Source: Ascidiella aspersa
Taxonomy: Eukaryota
Reading direction: 5' to 3'
Assembly (NCBI GenBank): GCA_963924565.1
Contig: OZ004615.1
Coordinates: 17,546,001 to 17,610,000, forward strand
Length of the DNA: 64,000 nucleotides
The position numbers and the translations under genes are program-made. Shown here in pieces: positions 38,485 to 50,000 of this stretch (positions within the stretch are counted from its first letter, which is position 1; each line of letters begins with the position of its first letter). The notes under the pieces were generated by a model. The model was not told the DNA's origin, made no database searches, and was given only the letters and a program-made list of their open reading frames with translations.

Positions 38485-41004
38485 ATTTTAAAGTAACACT
38501 ACACCAACTAAAAAGGATAAATATAAATAGCACCACTTTAAAGCAGCCCATTTGATGTCAGCTAAAACACGTGAAAGGTTTACTAATATGTTTTGCTTTA
38601 TTCATTCAGAATGAAATTAATTATATCGACTAATAGACCATTTAAATTGTGTTATCTTTTTGTGTAAACCAGGGATTATTTTAAGTACGCATCGCTTAGT
38701 TTTAGTAGACGGGTTTTCATGTCGTAATAGGAAAAATACAATACCTTAATTTTATTGTTCTTACAAATTGGAAAATAATATAATTGAATTAGGCGATCTA
38801 CTTTTAATATGTATTCTTTTAACAATGTTAATTGTAGTAAGTAATAAAAACATGAATTGCCTAAATAAACCATTCCATTTATCAATAAACTAATCGAGGG
38901 TTTTAATCAACCATTTTGTGTGAAAACATATTTGATTAAAACGTATACATTTTTACTAATTGCATGATGTTCATTGACTTTCAATTTAAAATAATTAAAA
39001 AAGTTAACACTGTCAAACAACAAATGAAATATATGCAAAAATCTCGTATTAACAGCAAAATACAATTTAATTGCTTCTCTATTATCAATTAATGTATCGT
39101 TTGGTCAACAAATCAACCAATGAAACCAATAACAACCCAGTAATTGAGGTTTAATTCAGCGGCGCCACAAATCGCTACAACTTAGATTTGCAGAGGTGCT
39201 TCGACCTTTCTGGTTTGTCACGTGACATCGGGCATGTCACCCGCAGCGACTAAAAAACCTATTTTCTATGCGGTAGTACTCTTTCTCTCTGCAGTTGTAG
39301 CCCAGTTTTTATTGGCTCTGACAAGAAGTTTTCCTCTCCTCGCAAAGACGACGCCGGGACCTCTTTTATTTCGTTCTCGCACGCTCCGCATTGTCAAATA
39401 CAAACGCCAAGGCCCCATCAGACCCCAGCAGTTATTTTGGTTGTTGGACGATTTACTGGTGGCGATACTGGTGCAGTTATGGCCCGTGTGTGTGAGAGGA
39501 AGCAAAGGCGATGGGCCGAGCAACCAATGGAATCGAGCGCTTTTTGCGGCTCTTTACCTACTTGGCGAAGGCAAGGCCAAACCCAGCACAGACAATGAAG
39601 TTTATCCAACAGTAAAATCCCTTTAGCCTAAGAGCCAACCCCTGCTGAGAAAACAAGGACTTTGCGAGCGGGGCCGCACGCCTGTTGCACTTGCCCGCGT
39701 TTTTTAACGACGCCAGTCGAGGTCGTTTTTTGGAAACATGCGACCTGTCAGTTATTTCACACTCGTTTGTAAAATCGTGACTCCCGAAAGTTACTCTTAA
39801 TATAAATTCATGGTTTAACGAATACGTAACTCTTAAGAAACATGCAGTCACATATTACTATTAATCAGTTGATTTTTACACAGTTTACATTTACTAGTTA
39901 ATGTTTACGATTCATAACTTATTTTCTGTTAAGTAACATCGTGTAATACTTTTTCAATAGAAACATGTTTACGCGGAATAGAAAAGTTGCAGATAAATGC
40001 ACTTAAGGCCCCGCTCAAAAGAGTCATTTTTTCGTGGTGGTTGTGCTCTTTACGCTGAGATATCGGTGGACTGATCAAAGCAATACTTAACAATTTTAGT
40101 TTTGAGGGGCGGCCCTTTTATGTAAAACTCGGAGGTAATTTATTTGTGTGACAGTCGGTGTTTAAATACACAGTTTTAATTTCTGTATAGGATTACTTTT
40201 TTATAAGATTTTGGGTAATGTCGTACTTAATGTTATATGTTTAACTAAAATCATGTGCTTCACTCAGTTTGGTTCCGTTATAAACAGTTGCCCAAGGGGT
40301 GTTTTTTCGAGCTTTGGTAATTGAGTAACTAACAGTTGTAAAACGCGCCAAAAGACACGGAAAGTGTCCGGGGGCCGTCCCTACAGTTTGTCGTAACTGT
40401 GTGTCTCGTTTATGTGCATTTAACCTTGTAACTTGTAAACTGCTGGTGTGTTGAAACAGTTTCCATTGCCGAAAATTAGCATCCGACTTTGTTTTCAGGT
40501 CAATTCCACCTCGCTGTCTCGCACCGGCTCCTGCCAGTTAAAAAAACGGATTCGGTCGTTTTTGACAGCGAAGATTTTCCACGGGAAATAAAATTTTTCA
40601 GGTTGGTCTGGCAGCACAGTAAAAATAGAAATATATAGGTTGTATATTTGGGAGGAGTTTCTGGTCTTAATTGAGTACGCCGTACACTTTTTGGCCATGC
40701 CAGACAATAAACACAATCGCATATCTTAGATCAAATGGGGATTTTGCGCATTTATTAACAAAAAGAACACTCGACGAACCTTGGTTTAACCTTCGAGCGA
40801 GAGAAAGATAAATCTCAAATTTGCTGCGTACCCAAAACACACATAAAACATGTAATAAAAATGTAAAATCTGTTACCGTTTGAGAGCAAAACTAGGCAAT
40901 TTGTACTTGACTTGCCTTCAGCCGTTGGTTCGAAAGCGTGGACGTGCAATTATTAAGTAATTAAGGATTCTAACAAAATGCATTTGTCCACAGGTTTTAA
41001 GGCA

Positions 41005-44000
41005 ATGGAAGACAACAAAGGATTTGACAGGTGAGTCTAAAGAGTTGGGAAAAATGTTACGCCACCCAGCCTGTCAGTTTAAACTAGTATATATCCGGGA
41101 AGGGGTCCTTTTGGAAATCTTTTAATTTTGAAGTGTCTGTGCGTAGTGCACTTAAAGATTCTGTAGAGAGGTAGTTGCTCGCTTGCCTTAGGCGCATTTT
41201 TTTGTTTAGGTCTGTCTTGTGCAAAAGTCGACATTTCGGCAGGGTTAGCATAGTGTACCTCAACGACCTCTGCCGTTTTGGCCCACTTGTATCGTTCGGT
41301 TGGACAAAGGGTCCTCGAGTAGCCTTTGTGCGTAACGCCTACGCGGCCAGGCTTGTCGCTAGATACGGTCATTCAGTGTTTTGTCCGTGTAATGCCGGTA
41401 CCGACTTACCAAACGTTTACCAACGACGATTCTCGCAGCAACGGCGCCGCACTTTCTTCGCGCGACAAATGGAAGAAGAAGATTGACTTTGCCTTCTCGA
41501 TTGCTGGCGGTTTCGTCGGACTGGGGAATGTTTGGCGGTTCCCCTACCTGTGCTACAAGAACGGAGGCGGTATGTTGTTTTTATTGCTGCTTTGCAAATC
41601 GTTGCTGTCAAGTAAAAAACGATTTTTTTTTGGTATACCAGCACTTCCCTTAAATTGCTTGCAAGTTTATATTGCCTAGTTATCATAATTGTATTTTCTT
41701 TAATGAACTGTATGCTCAATTAGACAACATGTAAGAGGAAAAAATATAAAAAATAAAGCCTTTATGGTACTAAAGTACATGCGCAACCTTTGAATAACAA
41801 TAATTAGATCTGAATTTAACAAAAACACATTAGAAAAACTTACCTACCCAGAAAACTGAAATAGCAGGCAATCTAAAAATACTACAAATTTATATTTGTT
41901 GTTGAAATCGTGTTTTTATTTCAGATGAATTGATCCATTAGGTAGATTTTAATTAACTGAAAACTGTATTTTCTAATAAAATTCTATCGCCTTGTAACAT
42001 TTTTCATTTTACAGCTTAATAAAACTGCGCAAGTAATTAAAAACTAGAACAATTAACTTGAAGGTTCAATAATAACGACACCATTTCACCCCGGCAAAAT
42101 CCAATTAGTTTGCCAATTTTTGATTTGTTCTGGCTGATCGTGGTAAAGTTAATTGTTGTGAAAGAGGCTTAAAGTTCTTCACAGATTAGACTAATGTTAG
42201 ATTGAGTAACTGGTGCTACAGCAACCGCCTAGGGCTGGTCACTTTAACGTTGTCCAAAACCAGGTAACAAATGCATATAAAAAACCTCGCTAGGAAAGGA
42301 CGAAAATGAAATGACTATCTATATAAAACATGCTTCAAACGAACTTATGGCATGGCAATTGCCTGTTTTTGTAAAACAAACAAAAACACTACACCACTAA
42401 GTGATGTGAATATAAATCATTATCAGTTACCATGTGTTCATAAGAGACTGTGGAAAGTCGACATTTTATTTCGCTAGAGACATTTCGAAATTCTGGATAA
42501 AAAGTACCGCGATCCGATCCGATACCAAACACACTTGCAGAACATTCTACGGACTTACATGGATATTTAGCAAAAATAGTCAAATATGAAATATGGTCGA
42601 CAGGTGCCTTTCTCATACCCTATGTGTTCTTCGTGGCGATCGGATCCCTCCCTGTGTTCTTGCTTGAGGTCACGGTCGGCCAGTACACCAACCTCGGTAG
42701 CGCCCTGGCCTTCAGAATGGTTCCGCTCATGAAAGGTAAGATGCCGTTTGAAAACATAGTCGGACAAGCGGTGGCCAGGCTATGTTACATCTTAATAGAG
42801 CAAACAGCTCATTATTTGGCTTTGTTGCTTTCGACTCAGCAAATAGAATGGAAGCATGTTAGAGATGGTTTTATATTTTTGCTGTAAAGTTAGCTCAGGA
42901 AGAAACAATCCCTTTATTAACAATATATATAGGGGATACAAGTATAGACAGCATCATTTAAAATTGTCGTTTCTAAATTGTAATTAAATACAAGAAATAC
43001 TGAAAAATGATTGCTAAACGTGTTATGGTCAAATATATTAATTGCTTACACTGAATCGTGTATTCGTGTCTTCCCTTGACCTATACGTGCTAAGTTGGTA
43101 AATACCGCTGCGTTTAGGGAATTGACCGCGTTTGAACAGACCATGCCAAAACAGCTGTTCAGTACTGTACTGCGTAAGGGGTTTACTTCAGTCGGAGGCG
43201 TCTGAACTGTTCCATTAAGAAGCAAACACTTCCACCTCCTGTTTAACTGCATTTCGCAGAACTTAAATGTGCAAGAACATGAAAAACATCGTTGAGCAGT
43301 CCCCTTGACGTCGAAATGTGTGTATTGCGGCGTGGTGACGATTCGCTGCAAAGGACGAAGCCCACTAAACCGTTTTGCCACAACAACTTTTCACGCTGTC
43401 GACACTTTTAAACAAGTGTCAATACGCAGTCTTTAGTCTCGGAATTTAGGAATTAGACTCGGAATTAGGTCGTCAATGTTTATTCCGCGGCAATGCTATG
43501 CCACTCTTCAGTATTCTCATAACTTGCCAATGTTTGCACTCCGTTGTTACTTTTAGGCTGCGTAATATATACTTAATAAAAACATTAAGCATTTTTGTAT
43601 CAGTGTCACAGAAATGTAACTCCCCTTATTAAGTTTACATTCCCGGCTTAAGAAAAAGTCACAAAAAAAGCGCTTACTCGTCAAATTTTGCACAAAAGAA
43701 AACAACCAGAAATTTACTCGTTTCTCCAGGACTCGGACTGGCGGTGAACGTGATCAACTACCACCTGAACGTCTACTACGCGGTGATCCTGGCCTGGTCG
43801 CTGCGCTACTTTTTCGCCTCGATGAGTTCCGAGCTGCCCTGGTCGACCTGCGGGAACCCCTGGAACACCGACAAGTGCGTCGTGTTCGGGAAAGTCCCCG
43901 AACCGTTGCTTGGGAACGCGAGCGCCGCCCTGGTGGCCAACGTGACGACCGCGGCCGTCAACGGCAGCGCCGCCATCGGCAACGCGTCGGTGTCGTCGGT

Positions 44001-47000
44001 CCGCGAGTACTGGGAGTGAGTATCTGTTTCTCTGTATGGTGGTCTGCTAGTTTTTTAAATATATTGCTTCGCCGATAGATTCAAAAAGCGTTAGATTCAA
44101 TTGCTGTTTTGTCGAAGAAAATCTTAACATCCTGTTTTGTCGAGTGTAAGTTTTTTAAGAAAAAACTTGTTCGCCTACTTACTTGATTTTGCAGTTGAAG
44201 TAGCGTCCGTTGTTAACGCAATTGAAGTAGCGTCCGTTTTCAATAAAATGTTTTTGTGGTGAATACTAAAAAGCCAGGATAATGTCAATGCACAGGTAGC
44301 CGTAAAACATAACATGATTTGCTTTTACATGTTGCTAACAGTTTAACGAAAAAATCAGGATTCGAGGTTCTCCTCTAACGAATATAACATTCGGTTCTCT
44401 GTCGCAGTTTTCTTTATAAATCTAGACATAAAGCCAAATCTGTATTTTTTCACAGACGAGGAGTGCTTGAAAAGTCGGCCGGTATCCACGATATAGGCCA
44501 GGTCCGTTGGGAGTTGCTTTTGTGCCTTCTGCTTACGTGGATCGTTATCTACTTCTGTATCTGGAAAGGGATCGGATGGACCAGCAAGGTACCGTCGTTC
44601 GTCGTTTGTCAGGCGCTCCACAAAACGATGTTTTTGTCCTTTAACGTTGTTAGCCAACATGTTTCTTTTATATCTGGGTCGAGCAATCCATTTCCCTGCC
44701 GTTTTTCGAAGCGCCAATTATCGAGCCCCCTTTTGTTTTCCAGGTGGTCTACTTCACCGCTACCTTTCCGCTCATCATGTTGCTGGTTCTGCTGGTGCGA
44801 GGCCTGACACTTGACGGGGCGATGGGAGGCATCATTTTTTACCTCAAGCCCGATCTGGAGCGGCTTAAGGACGTGCAGGTCGTTGGCACTAGAAGTTTTC
44901 TCACTTGGTCCGAACTATAATAGCACACATACACTAAACGTTTTACAGCATTGCTTCTAAAACATTTTTTCATGATTGGAAAACCATTCTTCAGCATTTC
45001 CTGTAAAGCGGATATTGTTTCAATAATGTTTAATATTCACCAATTAACCATTTTAGAAAAAATCTCTCCCAGTCTATTTCTAATAGATGTCACATTTGTC
45101 ATTCTTACGCTTTTCTACTTGGATTACATTTTTATATATACTGGTTTTAGTGAGGATATTTCCCCATGATAGCCACACACTTCAACACTTCAATTCCGTA
45201 ACCTTGGAGGTTCGCGACTTCTAGTTTGAGAACCACTGCCTTAGTCGCAAACCCAAATCAAACAGAGCTTAAGGCACCGCGATTTAAAGCTTTTTGAGGC
45301 CATTGTTAAGCTAGACAAACTCGGGTTTGTTGTTTTTTTTAACCTCAAATAAAGTTTTACTGGAGTTGTCAAAGCACTGTTATCCAAACTTGTGTGGGCG
45401 GTGATATTTGGTCGCGCACTCTTTAAAGTTGTAAACTGATTGTATTACTTTTGGGCATTTCAATATAACAAGACGCAAGTTCAGAAGTCCATTTTTTAGC
45501 AAACACACTTTCGAAAACCAACTTCTAATTCATGATCAAAAATGCGAGAACCACTAAACTATTAACCACATAATGAAATTTTTTTCCTCCAGCGTGCGAC
45601 TATGCCATCAGTCAAACAAAGTGGTTTGTAAAACGTGACTTAGTCCATAGGGACTTTTCGGAAAATATTTTTGGTGGATCAAAAAATATCAATTCAATCT
45701 TTGACCAACCTTAGTCTGATTTTTACACAAACTTGAGATTTTTACACAAACTTCTTTTGGTGAATCACAACATCTCAACTCTATCTCTGATCAACAGGTT
45801 TGGGTCGACGCCGCAACCCAAGTATTTTTCTCCTACGCTCTGTGCAAGGGAATGCTCATTACGATGGGGAGCTACAACAGCTACAAGTACAACAGCTACA
45901 GGTGAGAAAAATTCGCAGCTCTTATTCAAGAATGCAAGCAAAGTTGTGCGCGACGTAAACGCTTAAAGTTACCAGTACGGTTCGTAGTTTACGCTCGTCT
46001 CACCTCCTTAAATGCGGGACACTAATCTACAAAGCGAATAAAAACGTGTTCTTCCGTATTGTTTATGTTTATGTATTACGTTTACTTTTGCGAATGTCTT
46101 TAAATAACTATACTGAAATGACATTAGTTAACAATATGCATATGCATATTCATCCACCTGCGTTAGTAGCAAAAAGTGGATGGCCCCAAAACGATTTTCA
46201 TCGCTCTCCAATATTTTTCTCGTACCGGTATACTGTAAAATGTGAAAAAGCATAACAAACGAAATAATTGCAACAACATATTTACGACATCAAAGGCATG
46301 ATAAAGCTGCTACAAAAATAAAAAAAGATCAACGTTTGAGTATTTGGGGTTTCGTCAAAGTGGCCCTTTTTGGAGAATACCAGGGAGGGGCGTCCCAGCT
46401 TTCGGCGTCGTTCGTTCTTATGCGCATTGTGTACGCGACGCTACACTTATTACAATTCAAAGCTACACGGACTTTAGCGAAAAACAATGTGATGACGCGA
46501 AACTATCACTTTTCTTGCAACGTGATATCAATTCATCATATGGTACGCAGTGTTTGGTTCGCTTGGGCGTTAATGTAAACCTTCCGCTGGCCACGCGTCA
46601 GGATTCATTATTTAAGCGTGCGAACCACTAGTATTGGAATGTAAATCCTTCCACTTTGTATGCGTAGCTATGCAACGTCGTTATCGGCAACTGCACGGGG
46701 TCGATTACTGTCCTTTAGTTAGCGGAAGAAAACCGACGCACTTTACGCGAAAATGCTCTCGGGTTTTTTAGAACGCCGTCTATCAATTCGGTAACGTGAC
46801 TTCCATTAACGATTTTACGTCCCATCGAAAGGCCTTCTCCAATCTAGCCGCCACCCCCCCAAGCTCGCGCAATTTCTTTGTTGTCTTTTTCGCAATTAAG
46901 CCTGAGCCGCGTCACTTGCGCAAGATTGAAAGGCCCTACTCGCAAAGTTAGTATCCTGTCAGTCCTGTCACGGTCCTAATTCGATTTTCGAGTGATACAA

Positions 47001-50000
47001 TTCGCTCCGGGCCAATCAATATCCAATAAAAACTGATTCGAAAATCAATAGATAGTAAATTAGAAGCCGCGTCCCGAAAAATCGATCAAATTCACCCGAG
47101 GCCGGCCATCTCGCCTACTAATATAATAAATTCGTTACCCCCCTTGGGTATTCTTGGTCCCGGTTAGACGCACGGTACCTCGTTGAGTTGATAACGGATT
47201 GGCGGGTGATGACGCAACGACATGACTTGGTCTAGCTTTGGACCTTGATCAAGATCAAGACGGATGAAGCAGGGTCATGTCAGATTCAAGGCGCATAGTC
47301 TACTTGCAGCCGGGCGTATTCTGCGCCATACAGCATTTCGATGTATGGGATTGACTGCTAATTATTGGAGATTTGCTTAAAAACAGAGATATTGGTGAAA
47401 AAATATCTTAAACGTTAGTTGCAAATTTTGGGTGACATTGGGCATTAAAATGTGAACTTAAAACTGCTGATGACTGTATGCATTGCGTTGAGTAAAGCTG
47501 GTCGCGAGACACAGCAAAATTGAGTGGCGAAATTGTGTGGTCCATAGAAACTGTCGGAGTCGTTTACCGGGCATTAGGCAGCCTAAACAGTCGGCTATAA
47601 CCGACCAACATATGCAGCAATTAGCACGTGCTTTGACATGCCAAGAAAAAGGGCCCTAGCGCCGCCATTCGTTCCCCGGTGACCCGGCATTAACATCTGA
47701 CGCCGGCTTTTTTTGTTGCTCAGGGACTGTATCATCCTTTCGATTCTCAACAGCGGCGTGAGCTTCGTCTCGGGATTTGCGATCTTCGCCGTGCTCGGCT
47801 TCATGTCCAAAGAACAGGTGGGTGAAGCGAGCATATGGCAAGGCTTTTCGAATCCGTTTTTGCTTTTCAACAGACCCTTAGATTTTGGAGCATAATGGTT
47901 TGAGGTTGTAGTAAGACGTAATAAGAATATCAAAGCCCATACAAAAGTAGGTATCATTTTGTAAACGTTTCGAATAACTCTTTATTCATTTTCAACATGG
48001 TGCGAATGCACTGATTCTAAGGGTGAGTTTTTTTGAAACGTTTACAAAATGCTTCCTACCTCTGTTTGGGCTTTGGCATTCTTATTACGTTATACCTTTA
48101 AATTTGTATCCGTATTTGTTAAACTGGCCCCAGCACCTTGCCGAATCGTAGGGCCTCAATTTCTTGTCCCTGTGCGCGTTAAAACATATAGTGCCTATAA
48201 AGACACAAATATTATGGTTCTGTAATGCTAAATAAACCAGGGATCAAAATCGATACGTTGGCCTACAAAGCGACCCTGACACTGAAAATTGATGCTCAAA
48301 TTTGCTTACCACCCACTAAAGAACTTTCTTACATATATTCATTTTGTGTAAATATCACTTTAGGTTTAAAATAATGAGACGTGGCTGTAAACTTGTTGCC
48401 TCATACAATCCATAAAAATATTGCATATTTGTAGCACTTTTTCTTTTTGTCCAATGCAACATTGAAACAACGCAAATTCGAGCGTGTGAGTTTCACGAAA
48501 ACAGATTTGATCCATTTTTTGAGACTTTTTATCCATATAAAAACGGCTATATATCTCGCAGGGCGTCGACATTGCTGAGGTGGCGGAGTCCGGGCCTGGA
48601 CTTGCGTTTATCGCCTACCCGAAGGCTCTCACTATGCTCCCAATGCCGCAGTTCTGGGGCTGCCTTTTCTTCTTCATGCTTTTCCTACTCGGACTCGACA
48701 GTGAGGTGAGTACATGCGAGTTGTTTTTATCGATTTCCTACGCGCTGTTTTGTGTTTAGCCGAAATGTTCAAGTGCGTTAATAACGGCTTGACTGTATAT
48801 GCGGTGGACTTGCCCTTCGGCAGCGAGTTTACTTTGTTGAAGGTTTTACTTGTGCTTTATGAGTTTAATGTTACAAGTCTGACTCGCAGGAGGGACGATT
48901 ATACTCGTACTTAGCTCGCGGTCTTTCAGTCATTCGCATTGGTTTAATTTTACAAAGCATGTAACTTTTTGTGGTGAAACATGTCTGATTTCGTTTCGAT
49001 AAATATTTTTTATTCAACTGAAAAATAATTTTTTTGACTTGTGTTGCAAGATTGTTGCACACACTGAGTAGAACCCTCTTCAAGCTAACAGTTCTTTTTG
49101 ACATTATTTTTTTGTGTTTGCTCTCTTCAAACTCTCTTCCTCCCCAAACGCGACAATTTCCGTTCGGTGATAAACAAAGGTCGTGCACAATGCACATAGG
49201 GGCGGATCAACTCGAATTTAAGCACTGTAAAAACTCGACAAACAGCAAGTTATACAAGGATAGACCTTTTGCATCTCTGTCGCGATTTCATGAGAGGCAT
49301 ATTGACTTGGATTTTTTCACTGCTTGATCATGACGCACAAGTTTTTACAACGTTTATTCTGTCTTTTCAAGTTCTTAAGAGTTGTTGCGACTGACGACGT
49401 CGAAAATTGTTTTTCTATGACCTTTGAACTATAGGAATGGACCAGCTGGTACTTGGTCACACCAAGTAACCATTTTCTTATCGACGGTTGCGACCTAGCC
49501 CGATTGGTGAATAGTGAGTGTTCCATTCTTTAGCGCGTCGTTATAACAAACCCGCTTTAGAATACGGTTAATGATCCGAACGACAAACAAAAAAATAACG
49601 ACAACAATCGGTTTCAAAGATATGAATGTGATACCCAAGGCTTCTTTGCTGATAAGGTACATTGAAAGAAAGGCTTTAGGCAAGGTAACCAGGCAGCAGT
49701 TGCCAAAACCGAACATCAGCAACCAAAGCAGAAATCAAATCTCCTGGCGCATCGTCGGTTTCGTAATGGAAAAGTTTAGTAGTACTTTTCCGCTCGTCGG
49801 ATTTCGACGGCGTGAAATATTAATTAGCTGCCCTATTGCCCTTGGGGAACCAAACAGCGGCCTATTTAATCACAGCGAAACGAAAATCGATCGTAAATAG
49901 GGTAAAAAAACATCTAAAGACAACCTTATGCTTTCAAAAGGATGCCTTCGGAAATGTATTCTTATTAAAACTATATAATGAATTACAAAAGTTAACCTAA

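Noticed and set aside
39222-39851. Cluster of overlapping ORFs up to 134 aa
   Set aside because: No recognisable domain or splice partners; better explained as GC-richer regulatory DNA.
41210-41486. Strong acceptor at 41209 as the start of SLC6 exon 2
   Set aside because: Joining it to exon 41005-41030 gives a frame that stops at 41486; the 41438 acceptor restores the SLC6 frame.
46635-46655. TGGAATGTAAA, the 5' half of miR-1
   Set aside because: The 3' half does not match and there is no precursor hairpin.
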